NCBI GenBank assembly: GCA_964545575.1
Contig: CAZJFL010000001.1
Span: 5,742-69,741, forward strand
Length of the DNA: 64,000 nucleotides
Origin: an uncultured Planctomycetales bacterium
GTDB lineage: Bacteria; Omnitrophota; Gorgyraeia; Gygaellales; Profunditerraquicolaceae
Direction of reading: 5' to 3'
The first letter of the stretch is position 1; the number at the start of each line of letters is the position of its first letter. Both the position numbers and the translations under genes were made by a program. The notes below the pieces were generated by a model. It saw only the letters and a list, made by a program, of their open reading frames with translations. It was not told the origin of the DNA and made no database searches. Positions 9,348 through 19,380 of the stretch are shown piece by piece.

Positions 9348-9803
9348 TTACTTCCTCCTGCTTTTCATAATCCTGCGCATTGCCAGTTCCGACTCTTTAC
9401 GCTTGAGGGCCTGGCGCTTATCGTATAATCTTTTACCTTTACAGAGAGCAAGCTCTATCTTTAAACGGCCATCATCATTGAAGTATGCCTTAAGCGGCAC
9501 AAGTGTCAAGCCCTTCTGGGTAATTTTACCGGTGATCTTATTGATCTCGCTTCTGTGCAGAAGCAATTTCCGCGGCCTTACCGGGTCAACATTTAAGTAA
9601 CTTGCCTGTTCGTAAGGGCTTATGTGCGTGTTGTATAAAATTATTTCGTTATCTTCCAGGCGCGCAAAGCTGTCTTCCAGTCTTATTTTGGCTTCTCTAG
9701 CCGACTTCACTTCGCTGCCCTTTAACTCTATCCCGCATTCATAAGTTTCCATGACTTCGTAATCGCGGTGGGCTTTGCGGTTGGTAGCGACAGCCTTACT
9801 CAT
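9348..9803 (-). CDS. smpB: SsrA-binding protein
   Basis: 151 aa. It begins NRKAHRDYEV and has the typical SmpB length. Confidence 0.9.
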   Translation of the reverse strand: MSKAVATNRKAHRDYEVMETYECGIELKGSEVKSAREAKIRLEDSFARLEDNEIILYNTHISPYEQASYLNVDPVRPRKLLLHRSEINKITGKITQKGLTLVPLKAYFNDDGRLKIELALCKGKRLYDKRQALKRKESELAMRRIMKSRRK

Positions 9804-10756
9804 TTTATCACGCTTAAGCTAAAATATAAACTTAAAAATACCGGTATGGTGATGATGCTGGCGATATGGCCTAAAAATATCCCCTGGCTGACCAGGAGGT
9901 CATCTTTTTTATAATGCCGGGTGAGCACCGATAATAAAGTAGCCGGCGGCATGGCTAATTGCATCACGATCAATAATCCCACCAATTCCGGTAATTTTAA
10001 TTTTAAGACTAAAACCAGCCCCAGCGCCGGCAAAATCACCAATTTGGCCAGCAGCGCCAGAAACATTTCTTTCCTATTGATATGCGTCAGGCGTATTTCG
10101 GCAAGATTCGCCCCGACCACAAACATCGCTAGAGGTAAAGTGCAATCTCCGACCAGAGAAAGCGGTTTTAACGCTACCTCCGGCATAAACTTATTCAGGC
10201 CCAAATATACGACCAATAATCCCAGCGCCGTAGCGATTACCGGAGGGCTAAATAAACCGGCAAGCTCAAGCCTCGTCTTCTTCTGAAAAGAAATAATCTG
10301 TGCTCCATAAGAAAACATCGCCAGATTAAATCCCGAAAGGAATAAAAACAGATAGATAAACATTACGCTTAACTTATCCGGCGGCAGTAACGCAGCTATC
10401 AGCGCCAGCGGTAAATAGCCGGAGTTCTGAAAAGCAACCAGGCTTAAAAACTGCCGCTTATGCTCTTCTCCCTTCACTAAGCCTGAAAAAACAAAACCTA
10501 TCATCAGGCCGATAGCGGTAATGGCGATGCTGATTAAAGGAAACGTCCACCAGTCAGGATAAAGGCGGAAATTAAAATCCTTCAGCAGCTGGCAAAAGAT
10601 CAAAATCGGCAAGGTGATATCGATTACTATCCGGCTTAAAGAAGTCAGGCCTGCGGAGCTTAAGATTTTCTTTTTGAGCAGAAAGTAGCCGATCGCGCCC
10701 AGAATAAAGATCTGTGCCACGCCTGAGACGGTAATCTTAAAAGACTCTAGAAACAT
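9800..10756 (-). CDS. AEC-family (auxin efflux carrier / malate permease-like) membrane transporter
   Basis: 318 aa and polytopic, with roughly 10 TM segments. Composition and length fit the AEC family. Confidence 0.45.
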   Translation of the reverse strand: MFLESFKITVSGVAQIFILGAIGYFLLKKKILSSAGLTSLSRIVIDITLPILIFCQLLKDFNFRLYPDWWTFPLISIAITAIGLMIGFVFSGLVKGEEHKRQFLSLVAFQNSGYLPLALIAALLPPDKLSVMFIYLFLFLSGFNLAMFSYGAQIISFQKKTRLELAGLFSPPVIATALGLLVVYLGLNKFMPEVALKPLSLVGDCTLPLAMFVVGANLAEIRLTHINRKEMFLALLAKLVILPALGLVLVLKLKLPELVGLLIVMQLAMPPATLLSVLTRHYKKDDLLVSQGIFLGHIASIITIPVFLSLYFSLSVIK

Positions 10757-10862
10757 ACACCCTCCCTAAAGGGATAATATTATAGCAATAAAAAAACACC
10801 GCCGCAATTCTTTTAATTTGACAGAACTATAAGGCTAAGATATACTTGAAGTTAAATCTAAT

Positions 10863-10947
10863 GCGGAAGTGGCGGAACTGGCATACGCGTACGCTTCAGG
10901 AGCGTATGGGGTAACCCTTGAGGGTTCAATTCCCTCCTTCCGCACCA
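10863..10947 (+). tRNA. tRNA-Leu(CAG), class II, with CCA encoded
   Basis: The 7-bp acceptor stem GCGGAAG/CUUCCGC is perfect. The anticodon stem is UACGC/GCGUA with loop UUCAGGA. It has a 15-nt variable arm and a GAGGG-UUCAAUU-CCCUC T-arm. Confidence 0.8.
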
Positions 10948-10955
10948 ACTAAAGG

Positions 10956-12083
10956 CTACCGCGATTTCTTCCAATTATTAAAGCTCTTCTGGTAGGAAAC
11001 AAAGGCGGGCTTCTTAGAAAAGTCCCAGCGGATCAATCCGAAATAATCTACCCCATTACCCCAGTGGTCCTGGGTATCGCGCAAAAATGCCCAGAATACC
11101 CTCTCCACCACCGGATTCTCCAATAATTCTGCGTATACTTCCTTGACCCATTCTGCCTGCCGGCGTTCCGAAGGATTTTCCCCCAGCCACCAGTTTTTTA
11201 CCGCGAGGTTCTTCTTTACTCCCGGGCAGCCGATCTCGGTGACCCAGATTTTTTTCTGGGCATCGCCGTTGCGGGCCATTATTTTATAGGCCGCTTTAGG
11301 GTAAGCTCCCGCTGCCTTCACCGCGCCCGGATTAAGCGGTGACTCAAAGACATGGAGATTCAGAATATCAAAATAACCCCCTGCCCGGTTATCATAAAGG
11401 TTATTTACGCTGGAAATGCCGCTGGCTAAGCCCCCGTTTAGAACTTTGCACTCCGGCACCGCTTCTTTGAGGGCAATATATACCTCTTTAAGCAGCAGGC
11501 AATAACTTTTCAGGCCGTCCTGCTTCAGCCAGTAGATCCGCGAGTCAGGCTCATTCCAGATTTCCCAGTATAAGACTTTATCCTTGTAATGCCCGGCTAC
11601 CCTGACTGCGTAATTGACAAAAACTTTATTATCCGCCGGCGGGCAATTCCATTGGCCGCAGGAAGAAGCCCAGTCAGCGCTATAATCCAATATGCCTAAT
11701 ATTTTTATCCCGTTTTTAACCAGCAGGTCCACAATAATATCGTATTTTTTAAATTCGAACTCTCCCTTTTCAGGCTCAATCTCGTTCCATAAAAAATCCA
11801 TCCTCACCCAGCCGATACCGGCCTCCTTCATCAAGCCAATCGCCTTCTTTAAAGATTTTTTGTCGGGGTATTTGTAGCTATTCCAGGCGTCATTCCAATG
11901 CAGAAATTCCAGTACCCCGAAAGGGTTATTCTCACCGGTAATTTTAGCTATCCGCATTTTATTCTCTCCCTTGGCCTCCCCGGCCATCGCTCTAATAGAA
12001 AAGAGGCAGAAAATGATTAATATTATCCAAAGGTATTTTTTATCGGCCATGCGGTTTATTTTCAATATTGATATAATCGTCAA
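10956..12083 (-). CDS. Secreted clan GH-A glycoside hydrolase (GH5/GH39-like TIM barrel)
   Basis: It has a signal peptide and the WEIWNEPD motif carrying the catalytic NEP. Confidence 0.45.
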   Translation of the reverse strand: MTIISILKINRMADKKYLWIILIIFCLFSIRAMAGEAKGENKMRIAKITGENNPFGVLEFLHWNDAWNSYKYPDKKSLKKAIGLMKEAGIGWVRMDFLWNEIEPEKGEFEFKKYDIIVDLLVKNGIKILGILDYSADWASSCGQWNCPPADNKVFVNYAVRVAGHYKDKVLYWEIWNEPDSRIYWLKQDGLKSYCLLLKEVYIALKEAVPECKVLNGGLASGISSVNNLYDNRAGGYFDILNLHVFESPLNPGAVKAAGAYPKAAYKIMARNGDAQKKIWVTEIGCPGVKKNLAVKNWWLGENPSERRQAEWVKEVYAELLENPVVERVFWAFLRDTQDHWGNGVDYFGLIRWDFSKKPAFVSYQKSFNNWKKSR

Positions 12084-12810
12084 AATCCATGTTTTGGCCC
12101 AACTCCTGCTTCACCACCCGAATTCTATCCGGTACGTAGGGATGGCTTTTGAAATAAACCTTTGCCTGAAGCGGCTTCCTCTTATCTATTTCCTGTAATC
12201 TCCTTAAAAAAGTAATCATGGCATGAGGATCATAGCCAGCCGCTTTCATATAGCGTGTGCCTAACTGATCAGCCAGCATTTCATCTTCCCGCGAATAGCC
12301 TGACATTATCGAAGCAAAAGCAATATTTGCGGCATTCGCAACATCTCCTGACTGAGATGCCTGCGCTACTAAAACGCTCAATAATGAATAAGCCATCATC
12401 GCCTGAAGTTTCTTAATGCTGTGCCGGGCGACAATGTGGCCTATTTCATGCCCTAAGACTCCTGCCAGTTCGTCGTCGTTAGCCACCTTATCGAGTAAAC
12501 CTTTGTTTACGTAGACATAGCCGCCCGGAAGGGATACCGCATTTACCTCTTCGTCGGCCAGCACGTAAAAATGGTAATCTATGTCTTTGCGGTCACAGAC
12601 GCTGACGATCTTCTTGCCGATATCTTCCACTCTTTTTTGTAGCAGCGGGTCATCGGCAAATTTTTCGCTCTTGGTTGCTTCCTTGGCAATAGCCCACCCC
12701 ATCGCCACTTCCCTGTCGGTGCTATAAAAAAATACTTCTTCCTGTTTGGTGGCTAGGTTATATTCCGTAGAGCAACCGAAAAGAAAAACGCATAATACCA
12801 GCGCCAGCAT
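12040..12810 (-). CDS. M48-family zinc metallopeptidase lipoprotein (HtpX/Ste24-like, periplasmic)
   Basis: An internal Met begins MLALVLCVFLFGCS, a lipobox. HEIGH is present with a downstream E. The ORF track fuses it in frame to Maf. Confidence 0.65.
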   Translation of the reverse strand: MLALVLCVFLFGCSTEYNLATKQEEVFFYSTDREVAMGWAIAKEATKSEKFADDPLLQKRVEDIGKKIVSVCDRKDIDYHFYVLADEEVNAVSLPGGYVYVNKGLLDKVANDDELAGVLGHEIGHIVARHSIKKLQAMMAYSLLSVLVAQASQSGDVANAANIAFASIMSGYSREDEMLADQLGTRYMKAAGYDPHAMITFLRRLQEIDKRKPLQAKVYFKSHPYVPDRIRVVKQELGQNMDFDDYINIENKPHGR

Positions 12811-13440
12811 TTTGATACCCAGTCTCTTAAAAATAAGGTAAAGTTTCCTCACCGGCAGCCCGACCACATTATAAAAACAGCCTTCGATGCGCCGGATAAA
12901 GAAAGCCCCCCGGCCCTGGATGTCAAAACTTCCCGCCAAATCCTGCGGCGAAACCCGCGCAAAATAATCGTCTATCTCGGCATCCGTCAATTTATCCATA
13001 TAGACTTTGGTTTTTTCATAATCCACTATTGTTTTATTGCGGCCCTTATCGATCACGGCGATACCGGTATAGAGCCATTGCGGCCTGCTGCTTAGCCTCT
13101 TTAGCATGCGATGCGCTTCTTTTAAATCCCTGGGCTTACCGAAAATATCCTTTCCTTGCACTACGATAGTATCGGCGCCGATGATAATGCCGCCTTTGAC
13201 TTTTCTCGCCCCATCTTTTGCTTTATCCAGGGCATTTCTTTTGACTAAACCGGCATAAGAGAAATTCCCCGCTTTTCGTTTTTCCGCTATCCTTGCGGGT
13301 AAAACTTTAAACTTCAGCCCGAATACCCGCAGGAGTTTTCTTCTTGCCCTGGAATCGGAAGCCAGATATATTTTTCTCAATCTTATCTTAGGGACACCCT
13401 TTCTGCCAATCGGGAGGGTGTCCCCTTCTAGTGATAACAA
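12811..13440 (-). CDS. maf: Maf-like nucleoside triphosphate pyrophosphatase; start uncertain; reads into the M48 gene without a stop
   Basis: IYLASDSRARRKLL ... IIGADTIVV ... NVVGLP motifs are present. No in-frame stop occurs before the M48 start. Confidence 0.6.
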
Positions 13441-13470
13441 GGGACACCCTTAGCTTTAGCAGAAAGGGTG
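13385..13470. repeat. Paired palindromes built from GGGACACCC / GGGTGTCCC at the junction of the oxidoreductase and Maf genes
   Basis: AGGGACACCCTTTCTG ... CAGAAAGGGTGTCCC occurs twice. The stems are 10-11 bp. There is no U-tract. Confidence 0.7.
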
Positions 13471-14711
13471 TCCCTTGTTAAGGAGGCGCTCTCACCGGCC
13501 AGATACCCGGTCGAAAAGGCCGCCTGCAGGTTAAACCCTCCGGTATCCGCATCCACATCCAGCATCTCGCCGGCAAAATACAGCCCTTTAATCAGGCGCG
13601 ATTCCATAGTGCGGGGGTTGACTTCCTTTAAAGAAATGCCTCCGCGCGTCACCATTGCCTCGGCAATAGGCCGGGTTTTGCTAATATTCAGGCGCCAGCC
13701 CTTAAAGAGCTCAACTAATTTTCTTCTCTCTTCTTGCGTAAGCTGATTAGCCTTTCTCTCTCTGGCTACGCCGGCGATATCCAGAAATGCCCCTATCATC
13801 CTTTTAGGCAATAGGTTTTTCAAAACATTTTTTATATTCGTTTTGGGACTGGCTTTTAGTTCTCTTAAAAACCTGCCATCCAGCTGTTCTTTAGATAGTG
13901 CCGGCTTTAAATCTATCCAGACCGATACGCCCTTCTTTTCGCTAAGCCACCCGGAGACCTTACCGCTTAAAGATAATACCAGCGGCCCGGAAATGCCGAA
14001 AGCGGTAAATAAAAGTTCGCCTATCTCGGAAACGATTTCTCTTTCTCCGTCGCTAAAAACTAGGCGGATGTTCTTCAATACTAATCCCTCCAGTAAGCGC
14101 GGGTAATGCTGACGAGCCTCCAGAGGCACTAACCCGGGCGCAAACGGCACAATGGTATGGCCTAACTTGCCGGCTATGCTCAAGCCGTCTCCGGTGGAGC
14201 CGGTAAAACCGTAAGATACTCCCCCGGTAGCAAGAATTATTTTCTCGGCGGCGATTACTCCCGCGCCGTTTACTAATAAACCTTTGACCTGCTTATCCTG
14301 AATAAATATGTCTTTGAGGGGGCTTTGATAAAGAATCTTTACCTTATTTTTATGCAGCTCTTTCTTCAGCACTTCTAAAATGCTGTCTGATCTGTTGCTC
14401 TCGGGAAAAACGCGTAGCTGCCTTTCTATCTTTAATCCTAAACCCCGCTCTTGGAAGAAATGCATTAAATCACGGTTAAATAATTTCTTAAAGGCATCCC
14501 GTAAAAACTGTCCGCTTTTAGAAAAACTCTCCAGAAAGGAATCTAAATCGCAGGTATTGGTAAGATTACAGCGGCCCTTGCCGCTTAAAAGAAGCTTTTT
14601 GCCCAAAACGGGATTTTTTTCTACCAGCACGACATCCCGATGAAGCTGGCCCGCCCTGATTGCCGCCATCATACCGGCAGGGCCGCCGCCTACCACCACT
14701 ATTTTAGACAT
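13428..14711 (-). CDS. HI0933-family FAD-dependent oxidoreductase (BaiN/YhiN-like)
   Basis: 427 aa. It has the VVVGGGPAGMMAA Rossmann motif and the length and architecture of the HI0933 family. Confidence 0.6.
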   Translation of the reverse strand: MSKIVVVGGGPAGMMAAIRAGQLHRDVVLVEKNPVLGKKLLLSGKGRCNLTNTCDLDSFLESFSKSGQFLRDAFKKLFNRDLMHFFQERGLGLKIERQLRVFPESNRSDSILEVLKKELHKNKVKILYQSPLKDIFIQDKQVKGLLVNGAGVIAAEKIILATGGVSYGFTGSTGDGLSIAGKLGHTIVPFAPGLVPLEARQHYPRLLEGLVLKNIRLVFSDGEREIVSEIGELLFTAFGISGPLVLSLSGKVSGWLSEKKGVSVWIDLKPALSKEQLDGRFLRELKASPKTNIKNVLKNLLPKRMIGAFLDIAGVARERKANQLTQEERRKLVELFKGWRLNISKTRPIAEAMVTRGGISLKEVNPRTMESRLIKGLYFAGEMLDVDADTGGFNLQAAFSTGYLAGESASLTRDTLSAKAKGVPCYH

Positions 14712-15264
14712 CCAGGTTTTTTATTTGAAAAATAGATTCTAATTTCAAGCCTGCTTTTTTAAGGTTTTCTTTTGCGCCTTCCTGCCTGTCTACAATCACT
14801 ACCGCCAGGTTTACGCGCACGCCCAGCTTATCCAACGCCTCTTTTGCTTCAATCAAGGCCTTGCCGGTGGTAGCCACATCATCGACGAGGACGACGCGGT
14901 CATTTTTCTTTAATTTCGGGCCCTCGATCCGGCGCTGCATGCCGTGCTCTTTGGCAGATTTTCTGACGATGAATGTCTTAAGGGGCGCCTTACGCATATG
15001 GCTTAAACAGGCAATTGCTCCGACAATAGGATCTGCCCCTAAGGTAGGGCCTCCGATAGCAGCGATATTTTTAGTCCGGGCCAGGCCTAAGATGATAGTG
15101 GCTACCAGATACGCCCCTTCGGGAGTAAGCGTAATCACCCGGCCGTCCAAATAATAATTACTTACCTTGCCGGAAGAAAGTATGAATCTGCCTTTCTTTA
15201 AGGCCTCTTTTTTCAACAGTTTTGCTAACTTTATCTTCAGTCCTTTAAGGGTTCTTTGCGTCAT
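14704..15264 (-). CDS. pyrE: orotate phosphoribosyltransferase
   Basis: 186 aa with the VVLVDDVATTG PRPP-binding motif. Confidence 0.8.
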   Translation of the reverse strand: MTQRTLKGLKIKLAKLLKKEALKKGRFILSSGKVSNYYLDGRVITLTPEGAYLVATIILGLARTKNIAAIGGPTLGADPIVGAIACLSHMRKAPLKTFIVRKSAKEHGMQRRIEGPKLKKNDRVVLVDDVATTGKALIEAKEALDKLGVRVNLAVVIVDRQEGAKENLKKAGLKLESIFQIKNLDV

Positions 15265-15356
15265 GGTAAGTTTATTTTACTATTGTAAAGCTACTGTGTC
15301 AATGGTGTTATTCGGCAACATTTGACAAATCGGCATTTAATTGTTATCATAGTAAC
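15265..15356. promoter_or_regulatory. Divergent sigma70-like promoters for pyrE (minus) and comF (plus)
   Basis: Plus strand: TTGACA, 17 nt, TATCAT upstream of comF. Minus strand: TTGACA, 17 nt, TAAAAT upstream of pyrE. Confidence 0.4.
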
Positions 15357-16088
15357 ATGTGGCGTAAGTTTCTAACCGGCCTGACGGATATAATCTATCC
15401 TAAAACCTGCATTTGCTGTAAAAGTAAACTCCAAACTCCGGGCGCAATCAACGGCCTGATTTGTCTGGACTGCTGGCAGAAGATTAAAAGAAATCTGCCT
15501 CCTTTCTGCCACCATTGCGGGAGGCATCTGGAAAATATAAGCTTTGCCAAAAATATCTGCAATAGTTGCCTGAAAAAACGCTTTCATTTTGACCGCGCCT
15601 TCAGCCCCTGCAGGTATGAAGGCACGCTGAAAGTTCTGATACAGGCATTCAAATATAAAGGTTATGACCACCTCGGCCCGGTTTTAAGCGCGTTGATGGT
15701 AGATTTCGTAAAAGAATACCGCGTCCCGGTTGATTTTATGGACTTTATCGTCCCCGTGCCGCTGCATCAATCGCGGCAGAGGGAAAGAGAGTTCAATCAG
15801 GCGGAAATCCTGGGTAACCATCTTGCGGGGGCATTCGCCAAAAAGGCCTTAAACCATAATCTCTTGCGCCACCGCGCCACTAAAACCCAGACTGAGCTCT
15901 GCGATAGAGAGCTGCGCGCCTTGAATGTAAAGAACAGCTTCTCGGTAAAAGAAAAAGAAATTATCCGAGGCAAAAACATCCTTTTGGTCGACGACGTATT
16001 AACCACCGCCGCCACCTGCTCCGAGGCAGCCTCGGCTTTAAAAAATAACGGGGCAAATATTGTTTTTGTCTTGACCTTAGCCAGCTAA
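15357..16088 (+). CDS. comF: ComF-family protein (phosphoribosyltransferase domain with N-terminal Zn-finger)
   Basis: Cys-rich N-terminus with CxxC pairs. The C-terminal ILLVDDVLTTAAT PRTase motif is present. Confidence 0.7.
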   Translation: MWRKFLTGLTDIIYPKTCICCKSKLQTPGAINGLICLDCWQKIKRNLPPFCHHCGRHLENISFAKNICNSCLKKRFHFDRAFSPCRYEGTLKVLIQAFKYKGYDHLGPVLSALMVDFVKEYRVPVDFMDFIVPVPLHQSRQREREFNQAEILGNHLAGAFAKKALNHNLLRHRATKTQTELCDRELRALNVKNSFSVKEKEIIRGKNILLVDDVLTTAATCSEAASALKNNGANIVFVLTLAS

Positions 16089-16096
16089 AAAATTCG

Positions 16097-17194
16097 ATGA
16101 AAATACTGCGTAATTATTTCCTCAAAGAGTTTATCAGCCCGATGTTTATGGCTCTGGGGGTACTTACCTTTGTGATGCTCCTAGGCAACACTATCAAAAT
16201 AGCCGATATGGTCATCAATAAAGGCGTGGATTTATACAGCGTAGCCAAGCTCTTTCTTTTTATGATCCCTTACCTGTTAACTTATACCCTGCCCATTGCG
16301 ATACTGGCCGCCACGCTGCTTGCCTTAGGCAGGATTTCTAACGATAACGAAATAGTAGCTATCCGCTCAAGCGGGGTAAACCTCTTCAGCCTCATTTTGC
16401 CGCTTCTCGTCATCGGCATTATCTTAAGCCTGATTATGACCGTCTTTAACGACCGGGTCATACCTTACGCCCGTTATGCCGCCAAGAAAACGCTAATGGA
16501 AGTGGGGATCAAAAGCCCGACCGCAGCCCTGGAGCCCGGTGTATTCATCAACGCCTTTCAGAAATACATCGTATTTATCTACAGCATAGACCACAATAAA
16601 ATGAACAACGTGCGCATCTACGAGCCGCAAGGCGAAGATAAGCCGGCGCGCACCATCATCGCCAAGAAGGGCGAGTTTATCGCTATCCCCGATAAAGGGA
16701 TGATAAAATTAAAGCTCATGGACGGGACATCCGACGAGCCCGACCCCAGCAACCCCACCAATTTCTATAAACTGAATTTTAAAACTTATTTTATGACCCT
16801 GAACCTTTCGCAGGCACAGGATAAAGATCAGGTCAAGAAAAAAACAAAGGATATGACCATACAGGAATTAAAAGACGAGGCCAGACGCCTAAAAAAGGAC
16901 GGCATTGACCCTAGCCCGCTGTTTGTCGAAATAAACAAAAAAGTGGCCCTGGCCTTCTCCTGTTTCGTATTTATACTCCTGGGTTCGTCTCTGGCCATAG
17001 TCACGCGGCGCAGGGAAAAATCGATAAACTTCGGTATGGCCTTTATCATTGCGGGGGCTTATTATCTGCTCCTTCTGGGTTCGGAGGCATTGAGCCTCCA
17101 GGGCCATATCCCGCCGCAAATCGCGATGTGGATACCGAACGCAATCTTTGCGGCTATCGGCGTAATCCTGACCTATAAAATATGCGCATCTTAG
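16097..17194 (+). CDS. lptF: LPS export permease LptF/LptG family (YjgP/YjgQ)
   Basis: 365 aa with the YjgP/YjgQ six-TM architecture and a periplasmic insert. It forms a tandem pair with the next gene. Confidence 0.7.
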   Translation: MKILRNYFLKEFISPMFMALGVLTFVMLLGNTIKIADMVINKGVDLYSVAKLFLFMIPYLLTYTLPIAILAATLLALGRISNDNEIVAIRSSGVNLFSLILPLLVIGIILSLIMTVFNDRVIPYARYAAKKTLMEVGIKSPTAALEPGVFINAFQKYIVFIYSIDHNKMNNVRIYEPQGEDKPARTIIAKKGEFIAIPDKGMIKLKLMDGTSDEPDPSNPTNFYKLNFKTYFMTLNLSQAQDKDQVKKKTKDMTIQELKDEARRLKKDGIDPSPLFVEINKKVALAFSCFVFILLGSSLAIVTRRREKSINFGMAFIIAGAYYLLLLGSEALSLQGHIPPQIAMWIPNAIFAAIGVILTYKICAS

Positions 17195-18282
17195 ACCGTT
17201 ATATCATCAAATCGGTGCTGGCGATATTTTTTACCTGCCTTTTTACCTTTATTTTACTCTATGTGATTGTCGATGCCTTCTATTACCTGCAGGAAATATT
17301 AAAACAAAAACTCAACCCGGTGGTCATGCTGCAATATTATCTTTCTTACCTGCCGATTATATTCGTGCAGGTCTCCCCCATCGCCTGCCTGTTAGCTACA
17401 CTTTACACCTTTGGCACTTTAAACCGCAACAACGAACTTATCGCCATGCGTTCTTCCGGCTTAAGTATCTTTGACATCACCAAATTGCTGCTTATCTTCG
17501 GGGTGATGGTGAGCCTCCTGGTTTTCTGGGTGAACGACAGGTTTGTCCCGCCGGCGCTCGTTTCCACGCAGAATATGAAAGAACGCCTGGAAAGCGGGGC
17601 AAAAGAAGCGCAGACCAAAAAGCAGGAAAATGTGACCAACCTGGCGATGTACGGGATGAAAAACCGGCTTTACTTTGTAAATAAATTTACCGTAGCTACG
17701 AATACTATGGAGGGCATCACTATTTTAGAGCATGACGAGCACCAGAATATCACTAAAAAAATAGTGGCTAATAAGGGCAGCTATCGCGACGGGCTATGGA
17801 AGTTCTACCAGTGCATTACCTATAATTTTGACCAGAACGGGCAGGTAAAAGGAGAGCCGCAATATTTTGAAGAAGAAATCATGACCATTACCGAGACGCC
17901 GCGAGACTTCTTAAGCCAGCGGCAGCGCCCGGATTTCATGAGCATCCGAGAGCTACAGGACTATATCTGGAAGTTATCTAAGAGCGGGGCAACCAGCGTG
18001 ATCAGGAACCTTAAGGTAGATCTCTACCAGCGTTTTACCGCACCCCTGACGGCGCTGATTATGATCCTGCTCGGGATCCCTGCCTCTTTCATCATGCGCA
18101 GGCGCGCTACGGGCCTGGCCTCCTTTGGCATGGCGATTATGATGGGATTCCTGTTTTATGTCTTAAACGCTGTCAGCGTCGCTCTCGGAAAAGGAGGAAT
18201 GCTTGCGCCCTTCTTATCCGCCAGCCTGCCCCAGCTAATCACTTTTAGCTTTAGCCTCTACCTAATAAAAAAGCTGCCTTAA
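17182..18282 (+). CDS. lptG: LPS export permease LptG (YjgP/YjgQ family)
   Basis: 366 aa paralogue of the preceding gene. The two overlap. Confidence 0.7.
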   Translation: MRILDRYIIKSVLAIFFTCLFTFILLYVIVDAFYYLQEILKQKLNPVVMLQYYLSYLPIIFVQVSPIACLLATLYTFGTLNRNNELIAMRSSGLSIFDITKLLLIFGVMVSLLVFWVNDRFVPPALVSTQNMKERLESGAKEAQTKKQENVTNLAMYGMKNRLYFVNKFTVATNTMEGITILEHDEHQNITKKIVANKGSYRDGLWKFYQCITYNFDQNGQVKGEPQYFEEEIMTITETPRDFLSQRQRPDFMSIRELQDYIWKLSKSGATSVIRNLKVDLYQRFTAPLTALIMILLGIPASFIMRRRATGLASFGMAIMMGFLFYVLNAVSVALGKGGMLAPFLSASLPQLITFSFSLYLIKKLP

Positions 18283-18298
18283 AGATTATTTGCGTAAC

Positions 18299-18865
18299 TC
18301 AAGGCAAAGTCCCGGTAGTTTTACGGATAGAATACTCCACATATCCGGCGAGCACTTCCTGGACTTTAGGGGACGGGGCTACCACAAAATAATGCGAGAT
18401 TATAGCGTGGGTCATCTCGTGGGCAAGTATCCCTATATTTAATTCCACAAGAGAAAGATAGATGGTGTTTCGAGAAGAAAAATAAAACGAAGGGGCATTT
18501 ATCCTGCTCCCGGAATATTGTTCGGTGAGATCCGAAATAAAGGAATTATTAGGAAGAATGCTGATTGTGCCGTCAAAACTATAAAGATGAATATCTAAGA
18601 TATCGGATACCTCCAGATATATCGAGTCGACGAGTTTGGAAATCACGGCGTTGATATCTTTACCCTTCCTGTTTTCGGAAAAAATGTCTATGTGCAGGAA
18701 ATGTTCGGCATTCAGTTTATTCGCCAGCTCGGTAAGGTCGCAGCCTTCATAATAGGAAACGGTAAAATACTGCGTCCGGATGTTGCGGTCTTGGGCATAG
18801 CCACGCCCGCCGGAGACGGCAAAAACCAAAATTAAGGCAAAATAATACTTTTTAAAAAAGCGCAT
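18299..18865 (-). CDS. Secreted small HExxH-motif protein (putative minimal zinc metallopeptidase, MA clan-like)
   Basis: It has a signal peptide and the HEMTH motif. It is the last gene of a three-gene unit. Confidence 0.3.
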   Translation of the reverse strand: MRFFKKYYFALILVFAVSGGRGYAQDRNIRTQYFTVSYYEGCDLTELANKLNAEHFLHIDIFSENRKGKDINAVISKLVDSIYLEVSDILDIHLYSFDGTISILPNNSFISDLTEQYSGSRINAPSFYFSSRNTIYLSLVELNIGILAHEMTHAIISHYFVVAPSPKVQEVLAGYVEYSIRKTTGTLP

Positions 18866-19363
18866 TTAGATTTTGAAATAGCCGATGATTTCTTTTATTC
18901 TGGCGATTTCATCTTTTGCGGAAGAGTCTTTCAGCTGCTTAACCTTCTGCTGCATAGCGGCGGTCATCTGGTTAAGCGAATTAACCAATTCCTGAAGCTG
19001 ATCGCCCTTTCTGATCCGAAAATCAGCGGTCAAATCCCCGGAGTGCAATTTTTCAATCTCCTTTTTTATCCTGTACAAAGGCCCGGATATCTTGTGGGAG
19101 ACCAGCATCGTAAGCAGGGCTACCGAGATTGCGGAAAATATGGTTACGATGATTAGCGTAACCAGTATTAAAGGCAGCAGGAAATCAGCGGTATTTTTAA
19201 CCACCACCTTGGTGTTTTCGATAGCAACAGTAGTGGAACTTCTGGCTAAAAACAAAAGCAGTCCGCCGATAATGATGCTGGAAATAATCACGATCAGCGA
19301 GAACCTCAGTATAAACTTACCCTGGAACGACTTATCGATAAAATAATTCCTTCTCTTGATCAT
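18866..19363 (-). CDS. Membrane protein with two TM helices and a HAMP domain only
   Basis: The N-terminus has two TM segments. The HAMP-like amphipathic segment is PLYRIKKEIEKLHSGDLTADFRIRKGDQLQELVNSLNQM. Confidence 0.4.
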   Translation of the reverse strand: MIKRRNYFIDKSFQGKFILRFSLIVIISSIIIGGLLLFLARSSTTVAIENTKVVVKNTADFLLPLILVTLIIVTIFSAISVALLTMLVSHKISGPLYRIKKEIEKLHSGDLTADFRIRKGDQLQELVNSLNQMTAAMQQKVKQLKDSSAKDEIARIKEIIGYFKI

Positions 19364-19380
19364 CTTAAAAACCCTCCTCT

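Noticed and set aside
12040-13440. Treating the 466-aa ORF as a single bona fide fusion protein
   Set aside because: An internal lipoprotein signal peptide after a cytoplasmic Maf domain is topologically implausible. It is split into two CDSs, and the missing stop codon is flagged as a finding.
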